This document shows positions 41,068 through 51,338 of a stretch of 64,000 nucleotides of DNA, in pieces (positions within the stretch are counted from its first letter, which is position 1; each line of letters opens with the position of its first letter). The DNA is from Perlucidibaca sp. (lineage in GTDB: Bacteria > Pseudomonadota > Gammaproteobacteria > Pseudomonadales > Moraxellaceae), in NCBI GenBank assembly GCA_023265995.1, contig JAHFSA010000004.1:32340-96339 (forward strand), in the 5' to 3' direction. Below the pieces are notes generated by a model, which saw nothing but the letters and a program-made list of their open reading frames with translations, was not told the origin of the DNA and made no database searches. Both the position numbers and the translations under genes were made by a program.

Positions 41068-44000
41068 ATGCGCATTCTCAGTCTGGTTTTTGTCGCGGCG
41101 CTGCTCGCCGCATGTAGTGGCAGCGGCGGGGGTCATGGCAGTCAGCAGCGTCCGGTGCTGCCGGATTATCCGGATGGCAGCGGCCAGATCCTGGCCGAGC
41201 AGCGCAGTCTGGTGTTCGCCTATCCGGCGCCGGGCCAGTCCGAGATCATCCCGGCCTCGCCCATAGTCCTGCGTTTCTCGCATCCTCTGGCTGACCAGAC
41301 GCCGGCCAAGGTGGCGACCCAGATCACCATCAAGGAATCGGTCTCCGGGCTGGTCGTGCCTTACGATCTCGTCGTGGTCGACGAGGGTCGTGGCGTGATG
41401 CTGCAGCCGCGTCAGCCGCTCAAGTCCAACACCCGCTATCAGGTTGTCGGCACCGCGATCGAGCTCACCAGCGGGTTGATCTCGCTGCAGGCTGTCGGTC
41501 TGCCGCCGCTGGAGTTTCGCACCCGTGCCGCCCTTGGCGGTCCGACGCTGACCCAGGTGGCGAACGGCATTGCCAGCTTCACGGTCAGCCGCCTGCTGCC
41601 GTCGGCAGAGCAGTTCCCGATGACGGAGTACAACGGCGGCTTCCCCATCGTCGATTTCTCCACGCTGCGCCTGCAGTTCAGCCAGCCTGTCGATGCCGCC
41701 ACGGCGCGCTACGGCAGCACCGTCAAGCTCATGCACGGCAGCGATCTGGTGCCGGCCAGGCTGCTGCTCAGCGGCAACCGCATGACCCTGGATCCGGTCA
41801 GTGACCTGGATCCGGCGCTCGAGTACCACCTCATGCTGGCCCCCGGCCTGGCCAGCCGCTTTGGCGTGCCGCTGACGCCGGGCGACTATGCCGACTTCCG
41901 CTTCACGCCGCGCAACAGCGGCTCGGCTTCGGGCCAGCTCTCGCGCCTGCGCATCGATGTGCCGCCGTCGGGTGCCTCGCTGCTGACCGGAACGGCCATC
42001 AACGAAGTGCCGGTGGCCTCGCCGCTGCTCGGCCAGGGTGCGAATGCGCCGCGCCCGCTGGCGGCTGGCAGCCTGTACGCGGATCTGGCCTACGCGCCCA
42101 ACTTCGGCGACTTCAAGCCGGCCGTGGTGCCCATCCGCGTGCCGCGCAACAACCTGCTGTCCGCCGGCAATCTGGTGGTCAAGCTCGACGGCGTGGTGCC
42201 GGCGGGTCTGGAGACCGGCAATCTGACCATCAAGCTGCTCAGCGATGCCAACGGTCTGCTGCTGCCCAACAAGTACAGCCGCTCGCCGTCGGCGCCCAGC
42301 CTGGTCACGCTGGCCATGGACATCGCCGTGTCGGCGGAGAAGGACACGGCCAGCGGTGCCTTCACCCAGAATGTGCTGCATACCGAGGTCAACGGCATCG
42401 CCACGGTCGATCAGGCCACCCAGATCCTGAAGATCGAAGCCATAGGCACCATCGAGCTGAAGATCCTCGGTGTCGATGATGCCGTCGGCATCCTTGCCCT
42501 CAAGCTGGAAAGCCATCTCGGCGAGTCGAATCAGGGCTCGCTGGCTGATGACACGGTGGCACCGGCGGTGCAGTCCTGGGTGCCGGGCGAGAGTGGCAGC
42601 AGTATTCCCGCCAGTCATCTGCTGCGCCCGGGCGATCCCATCCTGGTCAACTTCACGGAAGTGCCGGACATCAACTCCCTGGGCGTGCCGGGCGCCATCG
42701 TGCTGCGCCGCGACGGCCAGATCGAGCCGGTGAGCTGGCGCCTCGACGGTGTCAGCCTGGTGCTGACGCCGCAGACGCCTTTGCGCTACGGCGCCAATTA
42801 CAGCCTGACGCTGTCCACGGCGATCACCGACATGGGCGGCAAGGCGCTGGCGGCGGACTGGGTTGGCAACTTCACCATGCCGGGGCTGGTCGACAATGCT
42901 ACCATACGTCGCTCGCCCCTCGCGCTGACGGTCTATCCGGGCTATCCCTGCGCGATAGCGGCGGGCTCGCGCAACATCGGCGCTGGCATCCAGGGTCGCT
43001 GCGCCGGCGGCAAGAACACTGATGACCAGCTGCCACTGCCCCTGATCGAGCCGCTGCGGCCGATCACGGCCGGCTTCTCGCAGGAGGTCAATCCGGCCAG
43101 CGTGCGTCTGGCCACCAGCTGCGGTGGCGCCGGCAGCCTGCGTGTCGAGCGCATCGATGCCGCCGGCACCTGCCTGGGTGTGGTGCCCGGGCGCCTGAGC
43201 GTGCGCCCGCGCGAACTGCAGTTCATGCCTGACCAGCCCTGGGTGGCCGGCCAGTACTACCGCTATGTGCTGGGCTCCAACAACAGCCTGACCAGCTCCA
43301 CGGCGGATTGCACCGGCGCTCAGTCCATCTGCGGCAGCAACGGCCTGCCGCTGCAGACCCAGCTGATCGCGCAGACGCTGGCCGATGCGCGCAATCCGCA
43401 GCGTGGCGGGCCGCCCATGGAGATCGCCTTCAAGGGCGGCACGGCGCTGACGGGCACCTCCGTCGGCTTGCGCGTGCTGCCTGTGCTGGATGTCAACGCC
43501 AACTTCCGTCTCGATGACGGCGAGCGGCGCTCGACGTTGATCAGCAACCCGGCGACGGCCTGCAAGACCGGTCAGGGCAGCGATACGCCGGCCACGACCG
43601 GACGCTGCCTGGCGCCCAATGGCGCCTTGCTGCAGCCGGACCGGATGACGCTCGGCAATGGCAAGTCCTACACCGGGGCGGCCACCTACTTCGCCCTGGG
43701 CTGCAGGAATGGTGTCGGCTCCGAGGATGAGAACGGCACCGTCGGCCGTGATTGCCAGGGCAATCAGTTCCTGCTCATCACGACCGCGCTGGCTGCTCGC
43801 CTGGGTAGCAGTGTCGATCTGGCTGGCAAGCCTGCCATCGAGGTCTTCATCAATCCGTCCATCGTGATCACATCGGGGACGCATATCTATGCCGATCTTG
43901 GTCTGACGCCGGACGCCTCGCCGCTGTCCCAGGCCTTGTTCGACGGACTGAGGGCGATTCCCGTGCTTGGTCCCATCATCGGCACCGCGGTGGATACCGG

Positions 44001-44505
44001 CGCCGGCCTGATCGACGGTCTGCTGCCCCTCAGTGCCCGCGATGCGACCAATACCGAGCTGGAAGAAGGGCATATCTACACCGGCCCGCTGGTGTTCCGC
44101 ATGCGCCATCCCGCCGGTAACGGCCCGATCAAGGGCTATATCACGTCGGAGGGCGGCAAGCTGATGCTGGAGGCCAGCCTGGATCTTTACACCGACATTC
44201 CCGAAATCAATCCGGTGGTGACCATCCTCGGGCAGCCGGCGATTCCGATTGACCACTCCGTGCGCAGCAGCCTGGACCTGACGGCCGACGCCGATCCTGC
44301 AAGGGGCTCCGGCACGATCAAGGTGCGTGGCGAGGTCAAGTTCCTGCCCGATGGCCGCATGACCGTGCAGCTTTCCAATATCGCGCCGGTCAGGCTGACG
44401 GCATCGCTGTCGGCTCTGGGCGGTCTGGTGGCGGGGGATCTGAAGGTGCGTGTGCCGGCCAATCGTTTCGTCATCGATGCCTCGCTGGCGCCGATCAAGC
44501 TGTAA
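41068..44505 (+). CDS. Very large lipoprotein (1145 aa) with repeated Ig-like segments; function unknown
   Basis: Lipobox LLAAC-SGSGGG (Cys16), with AAGGAAGG RBS 14 nt after the porin stop. Four segments resemble SbsA/Big_5 Ig-like repeats (IVLRFSHPL, LRLQFSQPVD, ILVNFTEVPD, ITAGFSQEVN, each ending in a Y-x-hydrophobic run). Ten Cys are confined to aa 628-896. Confidence 0.8.
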   Translation: MRILSLVFVAALLAACSGSGGGHGSQQRPVLPDYPDGSGQILAEQRSLVFAYPAPGQSEIIPASPIVLRFSHPLADQTPAKVATQITIKESVSGLVVPYDLVVVDEGRGVMLQPRQPLKSNTRYQVVGTAIELTSGLISLQAVGLPPLEFRTRAALGGPTLTQVANGIASFTVSRLLPSAEQFPMTEYNGGFPIVDFSTLRLQFSQPVDAATARYGSTVKLMHGSDLVPARLLLSGNRMTLDPVSDLDPALEYHLMLAPGLASRFGVPLTPGDYADFRFTPRNSGSASGQLSRLRIDVPPSGASLLTGTAINEVPVASPLLGQGANAPRPLAAGSLYADLAYAPNFGDFKPAVVPIRVPRNNLLSAGNLVVKLDGVVPAGLETGNLTIKLLSDANGLLLPNKYSRSPSAPSLVTLAMDIAVSAEKDTASGAFTQNVLHTEVNGIATVDQATQILKIEAIGTIELKILGVDDAVGILALKLESHLGESNQGSLADDTVAPAVQSWVPGESGSSIPASHLLRPGDPILVNFTEVPDINSLGVPGAIVLRRDGQIEPVSWRLDGVSLVLTPQTPLRYGANYSLTLSTAITDMGGKALAADWVGNFTMPGLVDNATIRRSPLALTVYPGYPCAIAAGSRNIGAGIQGRCAGGKNTDDQLPLPLIEPLRPITAGFSQEVNPASVRLATSCGGAGSLRVERIDAAGTCLGVVPGRLSVRPRELQFMPDQPWVAGQYYRYVLGSNNSLTSSTADCTGAQSICGSNGLPLQTQLIAQTLADARNPQRGGPPMEIAFKGGTALTGTSVGLRVLPVLDVNANFRLDDGERRSTLISNPATACKTGQGSDTPATTGRCLAPNGALLQPDRMTLGNGKSYTGAATYFALGCRNGVGSEDENGTVGRDCQGNQFLLITTALAARLGSSVDLAGKPAIEVFINPSIVITSGTHIYADLGLTPDASPLSQALFDGLRAIPVLGPIIGTAVDTGAGLIDGLLPLSARDATNTELEEGHIYTGPLVFRMRHPAGNGPIKGYITSEGGKLMLEASLDLYTDIPEINPVVTILGQPAIPIDHSVRSSLDLTADADPARGSGTIKVRGEVKFLPDGRMTVQLSNIAPVRLTASLSALGGLVAGDLKVRVPANRFVIDASLAPIKL

Positions 44506-44525
44506 GGCAAAAGCGGCAGGCAATG

Positions 44526-44553
44526 AAAAAGGGCGCCATCAGGCGCCCTTTTT
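44526..44553. terminator. Bidirectional Rho-independent terminator between the lipoprotein gene and pckG
   Basis: AAAAA-GGGCGCC-ATCA-GGCGCCC-TTTTT, with A- and T-runs on either side, between convergent genes. Confidence 0.85.
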
Positions 44554-44585
44554 CATGTTCGATCCGGCTGTGCGCCGTCGCCGTT

Positions 44586-46418
44586 TCAGATGGCGAGACG
44601 CTCGGCCAGCTTGGCCTTGGCTTCCACCAGTGCCTGCGGCAGGTTGTGCGCGAGCTTGTCGAAAAGCTCGTCATGCAGCTTGAGCTCGGCGGCCCAGTCG
44701 GCGGCATTGATGTCGGTGACCTGGTCGAACAGCTCCTGGCCGAAATCGAGGCCGACCCAGCGGATATCCTGATAGCGCGGGCTGATGCCGACAGCGTGTT
44801 CGACGCCCTGGGCTTCTTCCTCGATGCGATCGATCATCCACTTCAGCACGCGGGTGTTCTCGCCATAGCCCGGCCAGATGAACTTGCCTTCGGTGTTCTT
44901 GCGGAACCAGTTCGTGGTGTAGATGCGCGGCAGCTTGGCGCCGGCGGCTTCGAGCTTGGCACCGAGGTTCAGCCAGTGCTGGAAGTAGTCGCTCATGTTG
45001 TAGCCGGCGAACGGCAGCATGGCGAACGGGTCGCGACGCACCACGCCCTGGGCGCCGAAGGCGGCGGCGGTGGTTTCCGAGCCCATGGTGGCGGCCATGT
45101 AGACGCCTTCCACCCAGTTGCGGGCTTCGGTCACCAGCGGCACGGTGTTGGAGCGGCGACCGCCGAAGATGAAGGCGTCGATGATCACGCCTTCCGGGTT
45201 GTCCCATTCGCTGTCGAGGGCCGGGTTGTTGGTGGCGGCGACGGTGAAGCGCGAGTTCGGGTGGGCAGCCTTGCGGCCGGCCTTGCCGTCTGCCGGCGTC
45301 CAGTCATTGCCCTGCCAGTCGATCAGGTGTGCCGGGGCGTCGCCCAGGCCTTCCCACCAGACATCGCCGTCATCGGTGAGCGCGACGTTGGTGAAGATCA
45401 CGTCCTTGGTCAGCGACAGCATGCAGTTCGGGTTGGTCAGCATGTTGGTGCCCGGAGCGACGCCGAAGTAGCCGGCTTCCGGGTTGATGGCGCGCAGGTT
45501 GCCCTGTGCGTCCGGCTTGATCCAGGCGATGTCGTCACCGATGGTGGTGACGCCCCAGCCCGGCATGCCTGCCGGCGGAATCAGCATGGCGAAGTTGGTC
45601 TTGCCGCAGGCCGACGGGAAAGCGGCAGCGACGTGGTACTTCTTGCCCTGCGGGTTGGTGACGCCGAGGATGAGCATGTGCTCGGCCAGCCAGCCTTCGT
45701 CGCGACCCATGGTCGAGGCGATGCGCAGTGCGAAGCACTTCTTGCCGAGCAGGGCGTTGCCGCCGTAGCCGGAGCCGTAGGACCAGATCTCGCGGGTTTC
45801 TGGGTAGTGCACGATGTACTTGTTGGTCGGGTTGCAGGGCCACGCGGTGTCTTGCTGACCCGGCTCCAGCGGAGCGCCGACGGTGTGCATGCAGGGCACG
45901 AATTCGCCATCGCCGAGCACGTCGTACACGGCCTTGCCCATGCGGGTCATCATCTTCATGTTGACGGCGACGTAGGCGCTGTCGGTCAGCTCGATGCCGA
46001 TGTGGGCGATCGGCGAACCCAGCGGACCCATGGAGAACGGCACCACGTACATGGTGCGGCCCTTCATGCAGCCGTCGAACAGCGGGTCCAGCGTGGCACG
46101 CATTTCGGCCGGGGCCATCCAGTTGTTGGTGGGGCCGGCGTCTTCCTTTTTCTCGGAGCAGATGTAGGTGCGGTCTTCGACACGGGCCACGTCGGACGGG
46201 TCGGTCCAGGCCAGGTAGGAGTTCGGGCGCTTTTCCGGATTCAGCTTGCGGAAGCTGCCGGCGGCAACGAGCTGTTCGCAGAGGCGGTTGTATTCCTCTT
46301 CCGAACCGTCGCACCAGTAGATGCTGTCGGGCTTGCAGAGCGCCGCCATTTCGGCGACCCAGCTGATCAGACGCTGGTTTTTGACAAAGGCGGGGGCTTG
46401 GACTGCAGCTTGTGTCAT
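44586..46418 (-). CDS. pckG: Phosphoenolpyruvate carboxykinase (GTP)
   Basis: 610 aa. GTP-type PEPCK blocks ([27 protein letters not shown]; FPSACGKTN; WEGL...; NWFRK). Confidence 0.95.
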   Translation of the reverse strand: MTQAAVQAPAFVKNQRLISWVAEMAALCKPDSIYWCDGSEEEYNRLCEQLVAAGSFRKLNPEKRPNSYLAWTDPSDVARVEDRTYICSEKKEDAGPTNNWMAPAEMRATLDPLFDGCMKGRTMYVVPFSMGPLGSPIAHIGIELTDSAYVAVNMKMMTRMGKAVYDVLGDGEFVPCMHTVGAPLEPGQQDTAWPCNPTNKYIVHYPETREIWSYGSGYGGNALLGKKCFALRIASTMGRDEGWLAEHMLILGVTNPQGKKYHVAAAFPSACGKTNFAMLIPPAGMPGWGVTTIGDDIAWIKPDAQGNLRAINPEAGYFGVAPGTNMLTNPNCMLSLTKDVIFTNVALTDDGDVWWEGLGDAPAHLIDWQGNDWTPADGKAGRKAAHPNSRFTVAATNNPALDSEWDNPEGVIIDAFIFGGRRSNTVPLVTEARNWVEGVYMAATMGSETTAAAFGAQGVVRRDPFAMLPFAGYNMSDYFQHWLNLGAKLEAAGAKLPRIYTTNWFRKNTEGKFIWPGYGENTRVLKWMIDRIEEEAQGVEHAVGISPRYQDIRWVGLDFGQELFDQVTDINAADWAAELKLHDELFDKLAHNLPQALVEAKAKLAERLAI

Positions 46419-46693
46419 GACAGATCTCTAGTGCGGTGGATTGGGAGTTGCCGAGCCAGCTTGAGAATTGAGGCCATGAAAACAGGCACTTGCGTTCAAG
46501 GGGTCGAGCAATTTTGGGGCATTATATGTCAGATTATGTCGAAAATCCTGTGTCGTTTGTCAGACAGAGGGATTGCAACCATGGCCAATGCGGCATCTGT
46601 CGCGACCGTCCGGTTCTGTGTCGCTCTCGCCAGGCGAGGGCCTCGGCGTGTAAAATGCGCGCTCCCTGACGATCGATCACCTGCGGAGTTTAC

Positions 46694-47791
46694 ATGGGTC
46701 TGCGCACCGCGCTTTACGAAGAGCATCTGGCCCTCAATGCCCGCATCGTCGACTTCGGCGGCTGGGACATGCCGGTGCAATACAGCTCCGTGCTCGACGA
46801 GCACCATGCCGTGCGCCGTGCCCAGGGCATGTTCGACGTCTCGCACATGACGCTGCTCGAACTCACCGGTCCTGACGCTGCCGCCTATCTGCGCCATCTG
46901 CTGGCCAACGACGTCGCCAAGCTCAAGACCCCGGGCAAGGCCCTGTACTCGGTCATGCTCAACGAGCGTGGCGGCATCATCGATGACCTCATCGTCTACG
47001 CGCCGACGCCGGAACAGCCGGAACTGTGGCGTGTCATCGTCAATTGCGGCACGCATGACAAGGATCTGGCCTGGATGCAGCAGCAGGCCGCCAGCTTCCG
47101 CGTCAGCCTGCGCGAGCGCACCGACCTGGCCATGCTCGCCGTGCAGGGCCCGCAGGCCCGTGCCACCGTCGCCGCGCTGCTGCCGCAGGCTGCCGGGCGC
47201 ATCAACGGCCTGAGCGTGTTCCAGGGCTTCGATGCCAGTGATCTGGGTGGTGGCGACTGGTTCATCGCGCGTACCGGCTATACCGGTGAAGATGGCCTCG
47301 AACTCATGCTGCCGGGCGCCGCCGCTCCGGCGTTCTGGCAACAGCTGCTGGCCGCCGGTGTGCTGCCCTGCGGTCTCGGCGCCCGCGACACGCTGCGCCT
47401 GGAGGCCGGCATGCCGCTCTACGGCAACGACATGAATGACGACACCTCGCCGCTGATCTCCAACCTGGGCTGGACCATCGCCTGGGATCACGACTTCATC
47501 GGCAAGGCCGCGCTGGTCGCCGAGCGCGATGCCGGCGTCACGCAGCAGCTGGTCGGCCTCGTGCTCGAAGGTCGCGGCGTGCTGCGCGCCCACATGCGTG
47601 TGGTGATCGATGGCGTCGGCGAGGGCGAGACCACCTCCGGCACCTTCTCGCCGACGCTGGAACAGGCCATCGCCTTCGCCCGCATCCCGGTCACCGACAA
47701 GACCGAGGCGCAGGTCGACATTCGCGGCAAGCTCCATGCCGTGCGCCTGACCAAACCCGTTTTCGCCCGTTCGGGCAAAGCCCTGATCTGA
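46694..47791 (+). CDS. gcvT: Glycine cleavage system aminomethyltransferase GcvT
   Basis: N-terminus TALYEEHLALNARIVDFGGWDMPVQY ... GMFDVSHM. 365 aa. Confidence 0.96.
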   Translation: MGLRTALYEEHLALNARIVDFGGWDMPVQYSSVLDEHHAVRRAQGMFDVSHMTLLELTGPDAAAYLRHLLANDVAKLKTPGKALYSVMLNERGGIIDDLIVYAPTPEQPELWRVIVNCGTHDKDLAWMQQQAASFRVSLRERTDLAMLAVQGPQARATVAALLPQAAGRINGLSVFQGFDASDLGGGDWFIARTGYTGEDGLELMLPGAAAPAFWQQLLAAGVLPCGLGARDTLRLEAGMPLYGNDMNDDTSPLISNLGWTIAWDHDFIGKAALVAERDAGVTQQLVGLVLEGRGVLRAHMRVVIDGVGEGETTSGTFSPTLEQAIAFARIPVTDKTEAQVDIRGKLHAVRLTKPVFARSGKALI

Positions 47792-47843
47792 CACGAATCT
47801 GACCGCAACCTGCTGAGACGGCCTAAAGCCGCTGGGAATGACC

Positions 47844-48224
47844 ATGAGCAACACGCCCGCTGAACTGAAGTACGCCGCCAGCCACGAATGGGCCCGCCTG
47901 GAAGGCGACATCGTGACCGTCGGTATCACCGACCACGCCCAGGATGCCCTCGGTGACCTCGTTTACGTCGAGCTGCCGACGGTCGGCGATCAGGTCGGTG
48001 CCGGCGACGAAGCCGGTGTCGTCGAATCGGTGAAGGCCGCTTCCGACATCTACGCTCCGGTCTCGGGCGAGATCGTCGAAGTCAACGAAGCCCTGGTCGA
48101 CGCGCCGGAAATCGTCAACAGCGAGCCCTATGCCGGCGGCTGGCTGTACAAGATCAAGGTCAGCGATGTCAGCGAGCTCGACAAGCTGCTGAGCGCCGAC
48201 GAATACGCCGCCCAGGCACACTGA
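47844..48224 (+). CDS. gcvH: Glycine cleavage system protein H
   Basis: [20 protein letters not shown] aligns with the E. coli GcvH N-terminus. Lipoyl-lysine motif [11 protein letters not shown] 47838 carries two extra codons. Confidence 0.96.
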   Translation: MSNTPAELKYAASHEWARLEGDIVTVGITDHAQDALGDLVYVELPTVGDQVGAGDEAGVVESVKAASDIYAPVSGEIVEVNEALVDAPEIVNSEPYAGGWLYKIKVSDVSELDKLLSADEYAAQAH

Positions 48225-48274
48225 GCGGTGCTGCACCCGCGATCTGCCTGGCGGCGGGTCGCGGCGCAAATGCC

Positions 48275-48296
48275 AAGCCCTGCCCAGGCAGGGCTT
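48275..48296 (+). terminator. Intercistronic hairpin between gcvH and gcvPA (attenuator or mRNA stabiliser; no strong T-run)
   Basis: 9-bp stem AAGCCCTGC / GCAGGGCTT with loop CCAG, followed by ATTGCTGTCTG. Confidence 0.35.
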
Positions 48297-48332
48297 ATTG
48301 CTGTCTGATGTGCTGATGCTGGAGAGGCTGTC

Positions 48333-49709
48333 ATGCCCTTTATTCCCCATACCAGCGGTGATGTCCGCCGCATGCTCGACACCCTGAACAATGGCAAGGG
48401 TGCCGACAACCTGGACACGCTGTTCGACGAGATCCCGGCGCAGCTGCGCTGCAAGCCGCTGGATGGCATTGCTGACGGCCTTTCCGAGATGGAAGTCACC
48501 CGCCTCATGCACGAACGCAGTCAGCAGGATGCCGGCGCGCTCTGCTTCATCGGCGCCGGTGCCTACGAGCACCACATTCCGGCAGCAGTCTGGGATCTGG
48601 CCTCGCGCGGCGAGTTCCTGACCGCCTACACGCCGTACCAGGCAGAAGCCTCGCAGGGCACGCTGCAGGTCATCTACGAATTCCAGTCCATGATGGCGCA
48701 CCTGACCGCCATGGATGCCAGCAACGCCTCGGTCTATGACGGCGCCTCCGGTCTCTCGGAAGCCGTGCTCATGGCCATCCGCGCCAACAAGAAGTCGAAG
48801 TCGCGCCGCGTCCTCATGCCGCGCACGGTGTCGCCGCTTTACCGCTCGGCGGTCAAGGCCATCGTCGAAGGCCAGGACATCGAGCTGGTCGAGCTCGACT
48901 ATCACCGCCAGGGTGGTCATATCGATCCGGGCAGCCTCAAGTCCTACGAAGGCGAAGACTTCGCCGCGTTGGTGATCCCGCAGCCGAACTTTTTCGGCGT
49001 GCTGGAAGAGGTCAATGCCCTGACCAACTGGGCGCATGCCCACAACATCCTCGTCATCGGCTGCGTCAACCCGCTGGCGCTGGCACTGTTCGCGCCGCCC
49101 GGCGAATGGGGCGAGACCGGTGCCGACATCGTCGTCGGCGAAGCCCAGCCCTTCGGCATCCCGCTGTCGTCCGGCGGCCCGTACTGCGGTTTCATGTGCT
49201 GCAAGATGGAGTTCATCCGCCAGATGCCCGGCCGCATCATCGGCCGCACCGTCGACCTCGAAGGCAAGCCCGGCTTCGCGCTCACCCTGCAGGCGCGCGA
49301 GCAGCACATCCGCCGCGCCAAGGCGACCTCGAACATCTGCACCAACCAGGGTCTGGCCATGACCGCCTCGACCATTTACCTGAGCCTGCTCGGCAACGAA
49401 GGTCTCGAGCGCGTCGCTCTCGCCAGCCACATGAACATCCGCGAACTCGCGCAGGCCACCAGCAAGTCCGGCGGCATCTCGCGCGTGTTCAACCGCCCGG
49501 TCTTCCACGAGAAGGTGCTGCGCCTGCCCAAGCCGGTCGGCAAGGTGCTGGAGCAGATGGCTGCGCAGGGTGTGCTCGGCGGCTATGACCTCAGCGCCGA
49601 CTATCCGGAACTGGGCAATGCCCTGCTGGTCTGCACCACCGAGACCAAGACCGCCGCGGACATCCAGCGCTATGCCGCCGCCCTCGACCATGCCCTGGTG
49701 ACGGAGTAA
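48333..49709 (+). CDS. gcvPA: Glycine dehydrogenase (decarboxylating) subunit 1
   Basis: [18 protein letters not shown]. 458 aa and matches the N-terminal half of P-protein. Followed by the subunit 2 gene. Confidence 0.94.
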   Translation: MPFIPHTSGDVRRMLDTLNNGKGADNLDTLFDEIPAQLRCKPLDGIADGLSEMEVTRLMHERSQQDAGALCFIGAGAYEHHIPAAVWDLASRGEFLTAYTPYQAEASQGTLQVIYEFQSMMAHLTAMDASNASVYDGASGLSEAVLMAIRANKKSKSRRVLMPRTVSPLYRSAVKAIVEGQDIELVELDYHRQGGHIDPGSLKSYEGEDFAALVIPQPNFFGVLEEVNALTNWAHAHNILVIGCVNPLALALFAPPGEWGETGADIVVGEAQPFGIPLSSGGPYCGFMCCKMEFIRQMPGRIIGRTVDLEGKPGFALTLQAREQHIRRAKATSNICTNQGLAMTASTIYLSLLGNEGLERVALASHMNIRELAQATSKSGGISRVFNRPVFHEKVLRLPKPVGKVLEQMAAQGVLGGYDLSADYPELGNALLVCTTETKTAADIQRYAAALDHALVTE

Positions 49710-49714
49710 TCGCC

Positions 49715-51175
49715 ATGACCCTGATCTTTGAACGCTCCGAAGCCGGTCGCCGTGCCACCTCGCAGTCGCCGCGCCAGCGTGGTGAACTCAATGACGTGCC
49801 GGAGACCCTGCTGCGTCGCAAGCCGGCGCTGCTGCCGGAAGTCTCCGAACTGCAGGTGGTGCGTCACTACACCAACCTGTCGCGCAAGAACTTCGCCATC
49901 GACACGCAGTTCTATCCGCTCGGCTCCTGCACCATGAAGTACAACCCGCGTGGCGCCCATCGCGCCGCCATGCTGCCGGGCTTCCTCAACCGCCATCCGC
50001 TGGCGCCGGCCTCGCATTCGCAGGGCTATCTCGCCTGCATCCACGACCTTCAGGAAACGCTGAAGGAAGTCACCGGCATGAAGGGCGTGTCGCTCACCCC
50101 CATGGCCGGCGCCCAGGGCGAGTTCGCCGGCGTCGCCATGATCCGTGCCTATCACGAGTCGCGTGGCGATGCTGCCCGTACCGAAATGCTGATTCCGTCG
50201 GCGGCGCACGGCACCAATCCGGCCACGGCCGTGATGTGCGGTTACAAGGTCCGTGAAGTGCCGACGCTGGCCAACGGCGACGTCGACCTGGAGGCCCTGA
50301 AGGCCGCCGTCGGCCCGCAGACGGCTGGTCTGATGATGACCAACCCGTCCACCTGCGGTGTCTTCGAGATGCAGATCAAGGAGATCGCCGAGACCGTGCA
50401 CCAGGCCGGCGGCCTGCTCTATTACGACGGAGCCAACCTCAACGCCATTCTCGGCAAGGTGCGTCCGGGTGACATGGGCTTCGACGTGCTGCACATGAAC
50501 CTGCACAAGACCTTCGCCACGCCGCACGGCGGTGGTGGCCCGGGTGCCGGTCCGGTCGGTGTCGGCGAGCGCCTGCTGCCCTTCCTGCCGACGCCCATCG
50601 CCGGCAAGCATGCCGATGGCAGCTATTACTGGATCGGTCCGGACGAGCTGCCGCAGAGCATCGGCCGCCTGTCCGCGTTCATGGGCAATGCCGGCGTGCT
50701 GCTGCGCGCGGCCTACTATGCCTATGCCCTCGGCCGCGAAGGTCTGCACCGCGTCGGCGAGTTCTCCACGCTGAACGCCAACTACCTGATGCAGCGTCTG
50801 GTGAAGGAGGGTTTCCAGCTCGCCTACCCGGAGCGCCGTGCCTCGCACGAGTTCATCATCACCTTCGCCAAGGAAGCCAAGGAGCTGGGTGTCAGCGCCA
50901 TGGACATCGCCAAGCGTCTGCTCGACTACGGCTATCACGCGCCGACGACGTACTTCCCGCTGCTGGTGCCGGAATGCTTCCTGATCGAGCCGACCGAGAC
51001 CGAGTCGCCGGACGAGCTCGACGGCTTCGCCGATGCGCTGGTGAAGATCCTCGAAGAAGCCCGCACCGAGCCGGATCTGGTCAAGGGCGCTCCGCACACG
51101 CTGCCGGTGCGCCGCCTCGATGACGTGCGCTGCGCGCGCGAACTCGATCTGGTCTGGCAGCCGGCCGAAGCCTGA
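49715..51175 (+). CDS. gcvPB: Glycine dehydrogenase (decarboxylating) subunit 2
   Basis: PLP-lysine region [18 protein letters not shown]. 486 aa. Confidence 0.94.
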   Translation: MTLIFERSEAGRRATSQSPRQRGELNDVPETLLRRKPALLPEVSELQVVRHYTNLSRKNFAIDTQFYPLGSCTMKYNPRGAHRAAMLPGFLNRHPLAPASHSQGYLACIHDLQETLKEVTGMKGVSLTPMAGAQGEFAGVAMIRAYHESRGDAARTEMLIPSAAHGTNPATAVMCGYKVREVPTLANGDVDLEALKAAVGPQTAGLMMTNPSTCGVFEMQIKEIAETVHQAGGLLYYDGANLNAILGKVRPGDMGFDVLHMNLHKTFATPHGGGGPGAGPVGVGERLLPFLPTPIAGKHADGSYYWIGPDELPQSIGRLSAFMGNAGVLLRAAYYAYALGREGLHRVGEFSTLNANYLMQRLVKEGFQLAYPERRASHEFIITFAKEAKELGVSAMDIAKRLLDYGYHAPTTYFPLLVPECFLIEPTETESPDELDGFADALVKILEEARTEPDLVKGAPHTLPVRRLDDVRCARELDLVWQPAEA

Positions 51176-51338
51176 CGGTTGCGGGGCCGGGTGCTTTGCA
51201 GCCCCGGCCTCGCTGCGCTCGGCTTCCAGCTCAGCGCCTCCCCACATATGCCTCCCCGGCATAACCTCATGAAAAACGATTATTTTTCACCGCCCGGCGA
51301 CAGCGCTAAGGTGGCGCCTCCTGTTCTTCGCGGAGCCC

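Noticed and set aside
41050-44523. 1157-aa minus-strand ORF almost coextensive with the giant lipoprotein gene, raising the question of which strand is coding
   Set aside because: The plus-strand product has a lipobox signal peptide, an RBS, repeated Ig-like segments and patterned Cys pairs. The minus-strand product is Arg/Ala/Gly/Gln-rich low-complexity sequence with no signal or motif. The plus strand was retained.
46419-46693. Glycine riboswitch upstream of gcvT
   Set aside because: The conserved aptamer cores (GGAGAG ... ACCGAAGGGGCAA-like) are not present in either orientation. Confirming the absence needs an Rfam scan.
51176-51338. Possible terminator or small ORF (51179..51412) after gcvPB
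   Set aside because: There is only a 7-bp GC stem (GGCCGGG/CCCGGCC) without a T-run. The ORF translation is Pro/Ala/Arg-rich with no RBS and overlaps the hydrolase gene start.
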